Position numbers and translations under genes: made by a program
DNA from: a virus
IMG/VR virus record: IMGVR_UViG_3300035698_031678
Location: 65,296-129,295 of that record
Length of the DNA stretch: 64,000 bases
Reading direction: 5' to 3' (one strand)
Notes under the pieces: model-generated
Told to the model about the DNA's origin: nothing
The model's database searches: none
The model's input: only the letters and a program-made list of their open reading frames with translations
In this document: positions 31,658 through 41,651 of the stretch, piece by piece
Numbering within the stretch: the first letter of the stretch is position 1
Layout: the number at the start of each line of letters is the position of its first letter

Positions 31658-31680
31658 AAATAAAAGTTATCTCCTTTAAA

Positions 31681-32397
31681 TTACTTCTTAGGAGTTGTTC
31701 TGCCACCTGTGTTAGGCTTGTTACCAGCAACTTTTGATGCTTCCAATTTATCAGCAGCGATTTTGTCTGCAGCCTCCTTTTCTGCAGCTTCCTTATCAGC
31801 TATTAATTTGTCAGCAACTTCTTTGTCTGCAGCCTCCTTATCAGCTATTAATTTGTCAGCAACTTCTTTGTCTGCAGCAACAGCCTTATCTGCAGCAACT
31901 TTATAAGCAGCTTCATTATCTGCAGCAAATTTGTCCGCAACAATTTTGTCTGCAGCTTCCTTCTCAGCAGCTTCCTTATCAGCAGCCTCCTTATCAGCAG
32001 CAACTTTATCAGCACCATCTTGTGCAGAACCTTTTGATTCAGAAATAAATTTCATTGGTTCACCATAGCTAAGTCTTCTTAGCACTACAGTAGATCCATT
32101 AGTAAGTTTAAAGCAAGGTTTATCATCAGCACCTAAAGTTTGACTCAATAAAAACATAACCTTAATATCAGAAATACCATCGTCCTTAATGAACTGTTGG
32201 TTTATAAACTGCTTTCTATGAGCAGAACCAGTACTGTTCTTCAATGAATTGATATCAGATTTTTTGTACCAACTTTGTATTTCTTTTAGGTCACCATCAT
32301 TATTTAGCGGTTCTTTTAGCGATAAGCAATAATTACCTAGTGTAACACCATCTCTAGATGCACCTATTTTTACCTTAACTTTCTTTAATATTTTCAT
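31681..32397 (-). CDS. protein with Ala/Asp/Lys pentapeptide repeat tail
   Basis: tandem AADKE/VADKL-type units at about 31740-32015. Confidence 0.6.
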   Translation of the reverse strand: MKILKKVKVKIGASRDGVTLGNYCLSLKEPLNNDGDLKEIQSWYKKSDINSLKNSTGSAHRKQFINQQFIKDDGISDIKVMFLLSQTLGADDKPCFKLTNGSTVVLRRLSYGEPMKFISESKGSAQDGADKVAADKEAADKEAAEKEAADKIVADKFAADNEAAYKVAADKAVAADKEVADKLIADKEAADKEVADKLIADKEAAEKEAADKIAADKLEASKVAGNKPNTGGRTTPKK

Positions 32398-32797
32398 CTT
32401 TATCTAAATTAATTGTTTGTTTTAATATTGTAGCAATAAATTCCGCATTATTTATTGTTATGAATTGACTAAAGGCGGATACAACTTGGTCTGGGTCTTT
32501 AGAATTTTCTTTAAGATTTATTACCGCATTTAAATTTGGTAAAGACAACTTAACCTCTACGTTAATCAATAATTCTTCTTCTTTGAATCCATCCATAACG
32601 TTTTTTAAAGAAGCCTGGATAGCACTAATAAAACTGTCCTTATTCCCATCATCTTTAAAAACTAACGGTTCGGATTTAGGGGCATCACTTTCTACTTCTG
32701 TTACGTATTCTTGTGTTTCATCCACTTTCGTTTCAAAGCCTTCCTTTTTGAGTTCTTCATTCTCAAATTCGTTCATTCTTAGCAATTTATCAGCCAT
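32375..32797 (-). CDS. hypothetical acidic protein (possible head-internal protein)
   Basis: N-terminal LLRMNEFENE. Confidence 0.5.
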   Translation of the reverse strand: MADKLLRMNEFENEELKKEGFETKVDETQEYVTEVESDAPKSEPLVFKDDGNKDSFISAIQASLKNVMDGFKEEELLINVEVKLSLPNLNAVINLKENSKDPDQVVSAFSQFITINNAEFIATILKQTINLDKDENIKES

Positions 32798-32853
32798 CTT
32801 GTATAATTTAGTAATTAAAAGGTTAAAACATACACAGTTTCAATAAATATTAC

Positions 32854-33375
32854 ATGAAATTAATCTTTTTAAAAACTTTAGAAGACTCTACCTCTATAGT
32901 AATAGATGGTGAAAAATCGTTAGACTTGGTAGAATATGAAAAACCCAATTCCTATGATAGGTCTGGTGATACTAGATACATTATAGAAAACGATTTAGCA
33001 AGTAAACCAGCATCTATAGCACAATTTGTTTATCAAGATGAAGGTAAGCTAGACATTTTGTGTAGGTACAACGGTTACGACAATCCATTCAACATACATC
33101 CAGAAGATAGTTTTTTTGTACCTGACGTGCAAAATGCTGAGAGAGTATTTAGAAAGAAAATTAAAGACGTAAATTTAGCACAACAAATACTAAACACTAA
33201 AAATTCTGTGATAGATCCCAGGAGAAAAATGGTTCCAACCAATATAAACGAATCCAACAAACAGATTAGTAGGGAAGGGAATTTTGTAGTACTAGGGTCA
33301 TTTTCTAATAACAAAGAAAGCGATAAGAAAATAGAGTACAATGGCAATTTGTTAGAAGAATTTAAGCCATTTTAG
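32854..33375 (+). CDS. baseplate wedge protein, T4 gp53/LysM-like
   Basis: IAQFVY...DILCRYNGYDNPFNIHPEDSFFVP. Confidence 0.65.
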   Translation: MKLIFLKTLEDSTSIVIDGEKSLDLVEYEKPNSYDRSGDTRYIIENDLASKPASIAQFVYQDEGKLDILCRYNGYDNPFNIHPEDSFFVPDVQNAERVFRKKIKDVNLAQQILNTKNSVIDPRRKMVPTNINESNKQISREGNFVVLGSFSNNKESDKKIEYNGNLLEEFKPF

Positions 33376-34145
33376 AAAGCAAACAATATTCTACTTAATC
33401 CTACCGTTCCAGAAAAACCATGGTGAACTTCAGAATCTTGACCTAAAATAAACCCATAACCCAATTGAGCGGTTATTCCCCATCTAGAGGGTTTTCTTTC
33501 ATCATTTACATTAAAAACTCTTAAGTCCTCTATATCAGAGTAAGGTGACAATGAAGTAACGTCAGCATATGGAGTTCTAGAGCCAAAATTACGTTTAAAG
33601 AATCCACCTTTTTCTGGTTTTTGGTCTCCAATAGTGATGTTATAGCTGTCTTTGTATGAAAATCTTAGGTCTATATTAGAAGAGCTTGCTTTTATAGAGT
33701 ATTCTATCCAATCGTCTGAAAAATCAGTACTGTATATTGTTTCTTTAATTTCACCTTCTAATGTATCAATTACTGTAACTACTGTTCCTGTAGTGCTTTC
33801 TACTGCACCCCTGGTGTCTAGTATTATAGCAGAACCATTTCTCTTTATTTCTTTATTATTATCTTTTACCAACTTCTGTAACCTTAGCATTTGAGGATCA
33901 GTAAAGACAGCATTTACAAAGTCTTTAGGGTCTCTGGTCTCGTTTACTTTTATTCTACCTACTGTTTGACCTAAATCATTTACAGATTTTTCCATTTTGG
34001 AATTAGAACTTTCAATAAGTTTTTTTAGTTCTTTAATGTCTTTATTCTTGTCGCAGCTGTTTGTTAGAATAATTATGCAAATAATGCCTAACAGTATGGT
34101 GAGCAAGTTTACTTCTTTAATTTGATTTAGTAGGTAAGTTTTCAT
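33372..34145 (-). CDS. putative lipoprotein/spanin-like envelope protein
   Basis: hydrophobic stretch plus LTNSC lipobox, coiled coil, C-terminal amphipathic strands ending in Phe (WGITAQLGYG...GLSRILFAF). Confidence 0.5.
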   Translation of the reverse strand: MKTYLLNQIKEVNLLTILLGIICIIILTNSCDKNKDIKELKKLIESSNSKMEKSVNDLGQTVGRIKVNETRDPKDFVNAVFTDPQMLRLQKLVKDNNKEIKRNGSAIILDTRGAVESTTGTVVTVIDTLEGEIKETIYSTDFSDDWIEYSIKASSSNIDLRFSYKDSYNITIGDQKPEKGGFFKRNFGSRTPYADVTSLSPYSDIEDLRVFNVNDERKPSRWGITAQLGYGFILGQDSEVHHGFSGTVGLSRILFAF

Positions 34146-35517
34146 GTTCTCTAGTTATTAATTCGGATAATACGTTATTTGAAAAGTAATTATCAAAGTT
34201 CTCTTTTAAATACTCTAAATCCCATTGTACGTTATCTTTGCTCATTAGCTTCATGGAAAGATAAGATTCAGGCTCGTTAGACATAATTCCATACAACTGA
34301 CCCACTTCACTAGCAAATTGGTAGTTACTATTGAGATCTTCTGAGATTGCTTTAGAATTAAATTCATACTGCTCTAAACCTTGATTAAGAGAGCATAATG
34401 CTTGATTAAAGTAGCATAGTAGCAAAGGTAAATTTCTAACAACGGTTAAATCACTTAAATCTCTTTGCAATCTACTCAAAGATAAAGATGATCTCAATGT
34501 ATCTAACATTCCTATAGCTAGTTTTAAATTACCTTCAGCGTTTTCTAAACTTATGGGATTAATTTTTTGGGGCATAGTACTACTACCAAACTCATTATCA
34601 CCAGTTTTCCTAACCAGGTAATTTATAGAACAATAATACCACATGTCTTGAGTGAAATTTAATAGCTGGTACATTATTTTGGATAAATCATTGAAAGAAT
34701 CTAAAATGCCTTCGTACTTATTGCTTTGGAAATGGGGTTTTATTTGGAAGTCTTTAGTTGAGGTATTGTAAAAGTATTGTATTAATGTGTCCTTTGAAAC
34801 CTCATATCCATTGAAACCTAGTAGTTTTGCAGAGTAATTGTTACCGATAGTACCATTTCCAAATTGAATTTTAGTATTACCGAAGTTTTCAAAATATTCT
34901 TCTAGACCATTAGTGGTAAGATATCTACTCATAAGATCTTTTATCTTAATAGGGACAGCAACCTGACCATGGGTTCTACCCAACATGTATTCATCTTTGG
35001 ACATGCTTTCTACAGATTCGTGAACCTTTGACATGTTAGTGTTTATAATGTCATAAAGAGTATCTTTGAACATTTTAGTTTGAACCACTCCAACTATGTC
35101 TTGGCTAGTCAGATTGAAATGTACTAGGTCACAAATAGAATAGATTCTAGAGGAGTCTAATTTAATAGACAAGAAGTCAGATATTTTTTGTTTTAGTAGC
35201 GTTTTTACTGCTGCAATATCGTGTTTGGTTTCTCTTTCTATAATCTTTACAAGACTTAAATCGTAAGCATCAAGAATCTTGTACATTTCTTTTTGGTTAT
35301 CTTTGTCTTCTAATAGTAACTTAGTAATTCCAAGAGATTTTTTGATGTCAGGATTTAATAGATCTTGGTCAAAGGCTGTCTTATAGTTTTTTATTAGATT
35401 TACCCAATACAAAAACTCTAAGAAATAGCAATTTTTGTAGTACTCGTTCTCACTATAAGCACTATTTACAATTTCGGCATTTTTAGCGTATCTACCATTG
35501 TTATCAAATAAGTTCAT
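34117..35517 (-). CDS. purB: adenylosuccinate lyase
   Basis: TKHDIAAV, HFNLTSQD, GRTHGQ, GSSTMPQKINP..EN signature, SRLQRDLSD. Confidence 0.92.
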   Translation of the reverse strand: MNLFDNNGRYAKNAEIVNSAYSENEYYKNCYFLEFLYWVNLIKNYKTAFDQDLLNPDIKKSLGITKLLLEDKDNQKEMYKILDAYDLSLVKIIERETKHDIAAVKTLLKQKISDFLSIKLDSSRIYSICDLVHFNLTSQDIVGVVQTKMFKDTLYDIINTNMSKVHESVESMSKDEYMLGRTHGQVAVPIKIKDLMSRYLTTNGLEEYFENFGNTKIQFGNGTIGNNYSAKLLGFNGYEVSKDTLIQYFYNTSTKDFQIKPHFQSNKYEGILDSFNDLSKIMYQLLNFTQDMWYYCSINYLVRKTGDNEFGSSTMPQKINPISLENAEGNLKLAIGMLDTLRSSLSLSRLQRDLSDLTVVRNLPLLLCYFNQALCSLNQGLEQYEFNSKAISEDLNSNYQFASEVGQLYGIMSNEPESYLSMKLMSKDNVQWDLEYLKENFDNYFSNNVLSELITREHENLPTKSN

Positions 35518-35558
35518 TCTAAGGTTTCCTCAAGAATAATACACCTAACTATCAGTTT

Positions 35559-37436
35559 CTATAGTTCAGGGTTTTTATCCTTTGCTAGCATATTTTTATT
35601 AATTTCCCAATCTTCTTCTGTCATGATGGATAATTTGTTAACCATAAGAAACTTGGGTGAAAATATTGGTTCTCTATTAGCATCCTGGAGTCTTTCATAA
35701 ATACTGTAATTCTCCATTTTAGCCTTTTCAAGTTCATACTCTTTAGCTAGCGTAAAGTATCCTTCTGTGTTAAAAACTATCTTAATAGAATTGTAAAACC
35801 CATTGTCTAAAGAAAGACTTGGGTCTAAAAGAACTGTATTTATGAATACTGTATTTTTTATAATTCTGGAAAATTCACTAGTGATTCTTCTACACCTTTT
35901 ATGGTAAGATATTTCGTCATGTGGTATTCCATCATTCTTGAACAATATCAAAGAACCACCACCATTAGAACCATCAAATCTATTACTAGGTCTAGTACTG
36001 TTTCTTTGAAGTCTCTTCTCAAAGTATTCTACCACTTCCATTTTACTCAAGTCTACTCCATTGTAGGAAACACTGTCTATTTGGGTTGTATTACCACTTC
36101 TGGAAGGCAGTGCGATGTTTCTACCAAATTTATAGTCAGCCTCACCATTTATAGTAACCTGACCACTCTTGGAATCTATAGCAACTTTTTCTTTGTACTG
36201 ACCAACCAATTTAGCTACTGCTTCTTTAGATTTAGTACCTAGTTTACTACCTGTAGGCACTACCATTTTAAGCCTGAATTGACCTACCATAATATTCCAA
36301 GCAACTCTAGACTCTTCTAGGCTTCTTTTCAGATTATAGTCTCTTTTAAGTGAATCTAAGTAACTAGAGTTGTTGTACTTACTATTACCAGAAACATTTC
36401 TCCATTCTATTAAACCAAATGAATTTTCTGGATAGTATTTGTATTTTCCTCTCTCATCAAGAGTTTTGTACATTAATACTATAGAACCATCTTCGTGAAC
36501 ACCATCAACCTTAGCTATTCTATAAGCGTTTACTCTTTTCATACCAATAATCTTGACTGGTATGTCGGTAACTTCTCGCTTTGGCAAATTTACCGTTTCT
36601 CTAATTTTGCTTTTTCTATTTCTTGATCCTTGTGATTCATTTAAATCTTCCAATTCGTCTTCCAGATCATTAAATCCTTCTTCACCATCAACAGCGTCTT
36701 CTTCAAGACCTTGCAAGGTTTTAGCAAACGCAAGTCTATTTTCACTTATTTTTTCTAAACCACTAAGTTTTTCATTTTCTTTTATAAGTGTTTTAGCAAC
36801 GATTTGATTAGACTCGCTTAGGTCTCTCATATTGTTCTTACCGTTAGGTAATATTTCGTTCAATTTAGATTCGTTTAGTCTAATCTTTTTGATGATTTTG
36901 TTTCTCTTATCGTCAAAATCTTTTCTATTTTGAGTTTCATATATGTTTTCATATGCAACTCTACCAATCAGCATAAAACTGTAAAAAACCATCCAAGCTG
37001 TTTGTTCCTTGTCAAATTCAAGAAAAGATAAAGTGGAATTAAATTCTGACCTTATTGTTTCTTTCATTTTATCACTGAAAGTAAATTTCTTTTCATTAAA
37101 TTCTATGTCACAAAATTCGTGATCGGTATCGTATACTATACAATCATCAACTATACCTTCTATGATGTTTTTTAATTCAACGTTTTCGTCTAGATAAAGT
37201 TTTATCTCTTCTTCATCAAACCATTGTTGTTCTCTAAGTTGTTGATTAGCTTCTTCTTCGTAAAAGGCTTCGTAGTGATTTAACTCGTCTGTAGTTTGAG
37301 AAAATTTTTTGGTCTTTTTAGAAAGTATTTGTTTATCTATGCCTACTTTAAAAATACCTCTAACGGAATCAGGTACTATAGATGTGTTGACTCTTCTTCC
37401 ATGAAGTCTTCTTCTATAATTATATCGATTGGTCAT
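35559..37436 (-). CDS. portal protein, T4 gp20-like, with a large internal insertion
   Basis: I.EGIVDD.IVYD, SYLDSLKR.YNLKRSLEE, P.R.G..TQID, YFEKRL....RPSNRF, DEI.Y. Confidence 0.8.
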   Translation of the reverse strand: MTNRYNYRRRLHGRRVNTSIVPDSVRGIFKVGIDKQILSKKTKKFSQTTDELNHYEAFYEEEANQQLREQQWFDEEEIKLYLDENVELKNIIEGIVDDCIVYDTDHEFCDIEFNEKKFTFSDKMKETIRSEFNSTLSFLEFDKEQTAWMVFYSFMLIGRVAYENIYETQNRKDFDDKRNKIIKKIRLNESKLNEILPNGKNNMRDLSESNQIVAKTLIKENEKLSGLEKISENRLAFAKTLQGLEEDAVDGEEGFNDLEDELEDLNESQGSRNRKSKIRETVNLPKREVTDIPVKIIGMKRVNAYRIAKVDGVHEDGSIVLMYKTLDERGKYKYYPENSFGLIEWRNVSGNSKYNNSSYLDSLKRDYNLKRSLEESRVAWNIMVGQFRLKMVVPTGSKLGTKSKEAVAKLVGQYKEKVAIDSKSGQVTINGEADYKFGRNIALPSRSGNTTQIDSVSYNGVDLSKMEVVEYFEKRLQRNSTRPSNRFDGSNGGGSLILFKNDGIPHDEISYHKRCRRITSEFSRIIKNTVFINTVLLDPSLSLDNGFYNSIKIVFNTEGYFTLAKEYELEKAKMENYSIYERLQDANREPIFSPKFLMVNKLSIMTEEDWEINKNMLAKDKNPEL

Positions 37437-37463
37437 GGGTTTTACCTATTTATTATGATTTGT

Positions 37464-37847
37464 CTAAATATTGCCTGAAGGAACAAAGACTCTTTTGAAG
37501 TTAACAAGCACTATGTCAAATTGTTTATCGCTCAAACCTTTGGTGTTAGTGTTTACCTGGTTTAAAAATGACTTCAGAGTACCACTTAGTTCCGACTCCT
37601 CATCCATTGTGTTTAACAAACTTTTAGCATTCATTCTGGTATTTTTCAGATCTAGCTCTTTGTCTATCAAGTCAGAATTCCAGTTTTCTAAAAAAACGTC
37701 TTGGTAACTAGAATGACTTTTTGGTTTATAACACTTTTTAGAATTAGGCATGTTTATCATAGCATTTTTCTTAAATTTTAGAAAACATATTTTAATGCCA
37801 CCATCTGCTAAACAACCTTCGCAACTTGTTACTTTTTTAATCTTCAT
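37464..37847 (-). CDS. hypothetical protein with Cys cluster
   Basis: CEGC...C...C. Confidence 0.5.
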   Translation of the reverse strand: MKIKKVTSCEGCLADGGIKICFLKFKKNAMINMPNSKKCYKPKSHSSYQDVFLENWNSDLIDKELDLKNTRMNAKSLLNTMDEESELSGTLKSFLNQVNTNTKGLSDKQFDIVLVNFKRVFVPSGNI

Positions 37848-38337
37848 GGGTTAAGACTTCATAATTATATATAAAAGCTTTACCATCAGCTAATAGAAAC
37901 TCGAAATAATTTGCTCTAGGAAATTCTTTCTCTACCGTTTTTATTTGTTTTGTTAGTGATCTAAATTCTCTAATGTTTCTTTTCTCAAAATCTAGTAAAT
38001 CCATTTTAGGAAATTCTGTTAAGCCGAAAAAAATGGGGTCTTTGGTCTTATCAAAAACACCAGACATTTCAAATTGATGGCATTCAGGTAATACTTCTAC
38101 AGTAATACTGCTTTTAAAATCAACAAAATTTTCTATCCCAATACCTAAAGCTTCTAGCAAATCATAAGCAAATCTATCATGATTACCATGATATTTTTTA
38201 GGTGCAAAAATACTTTCTGGAGGATTTAAATGATTGAGGGTAACGTAAACCACCTCTTCTTTTCCTATAAGATTTACAGATTTTAAAAAACCATCTGAGG
38301 TGTTAAAATCTAGACCTAATTTTTCTAATTTTCTCAT
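37837..38337 (-). CDS. hypothetical protein
   Basis: 166-aa ORF. Confidence 0.5.
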   Translation of the reverse strand: MRKLEKLGLDFNTSDGFLKSVNLIGKEEVVYVTLNHLNPPESIFAPKKYHGNHDRFAYDLLEALGIGIENFVDFKSSITVEVLPECHQFEMSGVFDKTKDPIFFGLTEFPKMDLLDFEKRNIREFRSLTKQIKTVEKEFPRANYFEFLLADGKAFIYNYEVLTHED

Positions 38338-38339
38338 TG

Positions 38340-38699
38340 TTAATCTCTTTTAATATCGTTTAAATCCATTAATCTTTTCATCAAGTCAACGTTTGATTTT
38401 ACCATTTTAAACCTGTGACCACTAACAAAATATCCCCAACTTTCGTCAGCCAAACAAATAGTTATTGGATCATTCACTTTATCTTCCCATTTTACATCTA
38501 TGAAAAAAGTTCTACCAGCAAAATACTGATTTAATGTTCTAAGAACAATACCTAGTTTTATTGTTCTTTTAAGCCTATGCAAAAAATCACCATTGTGATA
38601 TTCTGTTATGCTTTTGTCTTTTCCACTAACCATAATAGCATTTTCTAGGAAAGCTTTTATGTACATGGTTGGTTCGGATTCTATTTTTGATTTTGTCAT
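38340..38699 (-). CDS. hypothetical protein
   Basis: 119-aa ORF. Confidence 0.5.
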   Translation of the reverse strand: MTKSKIESEPTMYIKAFLENAIMVSGKDKSITEYHNGDFLHRLKRTIKLGIVLRTLNQYFAGRTFFIDVKWEDKVNDPITICLADESWGYFVSGHRFKMVKSNVDLMKRLMDLNDIKRD

Positions 38700-38857
38700 A
38701 GACTATTAATAATAATTGAACAAAGTGGTTTCTAAACATACTAAACATATTTAAGATATAGGATTATTTAAAAAAAGAGTATATTTTTTGATAAAAAGAG
38801 AAACTGTTGGTATGTTAATACTAGAAAAATAAAAGGTATTAAAAAGACATATATTTT

Positions 38858-38955
38858 TGTAAAAATGTGTGTATAGAGAATAAAAAGAAAATTGTGGGAA
38901 AAATATTGTGTAAAAATGTGTGTATAGAGAATAAAAAGAAGATTGTGAGAAAATG
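38858..38955. repeat. direct repeat (period 51 bp) in a long intergenic region
   Basis: TGTAAAAATGTGTGTATAGAGAATAAAAAGAA at 38858-38889 and 38909-38940. Confidence 0.85.
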
Positions 38956-39147
38956 TAAGAAAAAATGTGGGTATGAATTGTAATGAGAAAATTCTGGTAG
39001 TTGGATTAGGGAATCTATTATGTTGCTATTATCTTTCCTTAATAGGGGTTTGTTCTTCGTCAGAAAGCCAGTTATTAAATTGAGAGAATGGTCTATCAAA
39101 ATTTAGGCATTTTAAAATTCCTTAATATATAAAGTTTAAACCGAAAG

Positions 39148-39795
39148 ATGAGGTTTCCGAGCATACAATTAGAAATAGAGCTGAAAGAAAGAAGTATAAC
39201 TACAATAAGGTATCACAACTTAGAGTGGTTCAAGCAAATATATGTAGACGAAAAGATCCAACCAAGAGATATGCAAAAACCAGAACCGTTTATAGTTGGT
39301 AGATGTTACTCTTTTTTCTATCCAAATCCTAAATATGCTGAAGAATTAGATTTCTATACTACTTTCCCTATAAGTATTTTTATGGGATACAAAAACGACT
39401 CTGTCGGTAACCCCATGATGTTGAATCTACATTTTATACCACCTAAAATAAGAGCTGCAGTACTTGACAAGATATTCGAAATAAACATGAATGACATTGA
39501 CAGGATAGAGTCTGTAATAGTAAAGAACAATGTTTCAGTAAGAAATATTAAAACAGGCTATTCAGACTTAATGAGATATTTGAATACTAGTGGATTTCAA
39601 TTTGCCATAAGAAGCTACATACCGACTTTGATAGCCACAGAACCTAAAATTATATCTCATGCAGACCTTTGGAGAGTTCTTACTTATGCTAACCAATTCA
39701 TGCAAAAGAAAGATGTTAGAGAGGTTTATAGGCTTTACAAGAATAAACTAGAAGGATATAAAACCTTTAAAAAAGAACCAACTTTAAAACTTTGA
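39148..39795 (+). CDS. DNA end protector protein, T4 gp2-like
   Basis: GRCYSFFYPNPKY...L.FY..FP, LNLHFIPP..R and AIRSY motifs. Confidence 0.75.
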   Translation: MRFPSIQLEIELKERSITTIRYHNLEWFKQIYVDEKIQPRDMQKPEPFIVGRCYSFFYPNPKYAEELDFYTTFPISIFMGYKNDSVGNPMMLNLHFIPPKIRAAVLDKIFEINMNDIDRIESVIVKNNVSVRNIKTGYSDLMRYLNTSGFQFAIRSYIPTLIATEPKIISHADLWRVLTYANQFMQKKDVREVYRLYKNKLEGYKTFKKEPTLKL

Positions 39796-39804
39796 TAAAT
39801 AAGT

Positions 39805-40419
39805 ATGTTACATTCTCCAAAATCTGATAGTTTCGTATTAATCTTACCAGACAATTTCATATATCCTTCTATCATAGAGAGATATAAGCCTATATTTGAT
39901 GCTAAAAATTTTATGTTCAGTAACATCCACGATTTTTTGAACGCAACAGTTACTGGAGTCAATTTTACTGGAATAAAAACCAAAGTTCAAGAACAAACAC
40001 TTGGTAAGGAATCTAGAAAGCAAAGATACAGAAGTGGTATAAATGCTAAAGAACAAACAAACAAAGAATTGGTAGTAAATTTTAAAATGACTACAGGTTT
40101 TTTGAATTACTTCATAATGTTAGATCAGTTGGTACAGTACAATGATAGCACAAATGAAGGTGGTAACCCTAGTCTTGTTGGTAATGACACTTTTCTAAAT
40201 TCTATAACTCTATTGATACTAGGTAATGATGGCAATATATGGTTTGAAAGAATATATGATGGTATAGTAATTAACAGTATAGATGACCTAAATCTTAGTA
40301 AAGAAGCTGTAAAATACAAGAGCTTAGATTTTACTGTTAGATTTGCTTACAATGATTACCAAATAAAGAACAATATCTCTGAAAAAGTTAATAAAATACA
40401 AAAAGAATATAGATACTAA
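39805..40419 (+). CDS. tail tube-fold protein (gp3/gp54-like)
   Basis: L.VNF....GFLNYF, ITLLIL and FTVRFAYN tube-fold pattern. Confidence 0.5.
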   Translation: MLHSPKSDSFVLILPDNFIYPSIIERYKPIFDAKNFMFSNIHDFLNATVTGVNFTGIKTKVQEQTLGKESRKQRYRSGINAKEQTNKELVVNFKMTTGFLNYFIMLDQLVQYNDSTNEGGNPSLVGNDTFLNSITLLILGNDGNIWFERIYDGIVINSIDDLNLSKEAVKYKSLDFTVRFAYNDYQIKNNISEKVNKIQKEYRY

Positions 40420-40793
40420 TGACTTTTAACTTAGACAATCCAGAAGACTACAATTATGATCCTAAGCAGATCTACACCTCTAACGAGATAGATGAATTTG
40501 CTGAAGAAATTAAAATGATCTTAAATACCCCCAAAGGAAGTGTTTTAGGAGCTGTTAATATGGATGGAGATCTGGAAGAATATATTTGGAAGAATAAAAT
40601 TAATACAAGCATTAGTAGAGATAAAATACTTTCAAATATTGGTGAGTTTTCTAGTAGCTCTGTTGAATTTAATTACTCTGTTACCATACAATTTGCGAAA
40701 GGAGTAAAAAGCGATGTTTGTATAATTAGTATACCTATAAGTCACAGAAAAATACCAGAATTCACTAAAACTCTTAGAATAAGCCTTACTTAG
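40419..40793 (+). CDS. baseplate wedge protein, T4 gp25-like
   Basis: IKMILNTPKGSVLG...G.LEEYIW. Confidence 0.75.
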   Translation: MTFNLDNPEDYNYDPKQIYTSNEIDEFAEEIKMILNTPKGSVLGAVNMDGDLEEYIWKNKINTSISRDKILSNIGEFSSSSVEFNYSVTIQFAKGVKSDVCIISIPISHRKIPEFTKTLRISLT

Positions 40794-41167
40794 AATATGT
40801 TAACTTCTATTCTAAGACTATTGTGAGTACTTCCTACAGTAAAACCTTTACTTCTTATATACTCTTTTATTTTAGTTATACTTCCCAAATCATTAGTATT
40901 TATAAAGTGTAATACGTTTCCAACTCTTTTTACTTCTATGTCGAAGTTGAATTTCTCAGCCACTTGATCTCTCAATTTTCTATGAGCCGAAGTCATAAGC
41001 TTGTATGGCATATTGTAAAATTCTACCACTTTCAAAGCCTTGTCGTATGTTTCCTTGTTGTTGGTAACAAACTTGCCATCTATGGAATCCCATTCAAGAC
41101 CAATATTCTTAATCTCTGCTTGCTCTGTGAATGGGTTTTCTCCACTAACTTTTATAGTGTAATCCAT
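40790..41167 (-). CDS. hypothetical protein
   Basis: 125-aa ORF in a coupled minus-strand operon. Confidence 0.5.
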   Translation of the reverse strand: MDYTIKVSGENPFTEQAEIKNIGLEWDSIDGKFVTNNKETYDKALKVVEFYNMPYKLMTSAHRKLRDQVAEKFNFDIEVKRVGNVLHFINTNDLGSITKIKEYIRSKGFTVGSTHNSLRIEVNIF

Positions 41168-41649
41168 TATAGTTTTACCCCTGAAAGATACTTTCTTAGA
41201 ACTCTAAGTTGTATTGTGTTGAGATCTGTTGGGATAACTGAAATAGTACATTTCAAATCAAAAGGTATCATAAACAGCTCCTTCTTTAGACTTTTACTTT
41301 GTTCTAAGGTTTCTACTGCTTCTGGAAATTCTGTTTGAACCTCTTTGAACCTTTTCTCAAACATTGGTAAGTCGTTGTAAACCAATTCTTGCTTATCGTT
41401 TTTTAAATAAGTTCCATCTTGATTCTTTGCTGCAAATTCAGAGTTGAGTTCTTTTAGTTTGGCATCATAATCCATCATGGATGGTTCTGACAATACCAAT
41501 TTGTTCATATCTTCTCTGAACCTATTTTGCGCTTTGATAATGGATTCTTCCATAACTAAAACACCTTCAGCAATTTTAGTGTTTTCTATATCAGCAAGAA
41601 CGTTAAGGTCTTCTAATATCTCGTTTAAATTCTTAAAAAATACTTTCAT
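41167..41649 (-). CDS. hypothetical protein
   Basis: 160-aa ORF. Confidence 0.5.
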   Translation of the reverse strand: MKVFFKNLNEILEDLNVLADIENTKIAEGVLVMEESIIKAQNRFREDMNKLVLSEPSMMDYDAKLKELNSEFAAKNQDGTYLKNDKQELVYNDLPMFEKRFKEVQTEFPEAVETLEQSKSLKKELFMIPFDLKCTISVIPTDLNTIQLRVLRKYLSGVKL

Positions 41650-41651
41650 AA

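Noticed and set aside
38858-38955. CRISPR array
   Set aside because: Only two repeat copies, a 19-bp spacer, no palindrome and no cas genes
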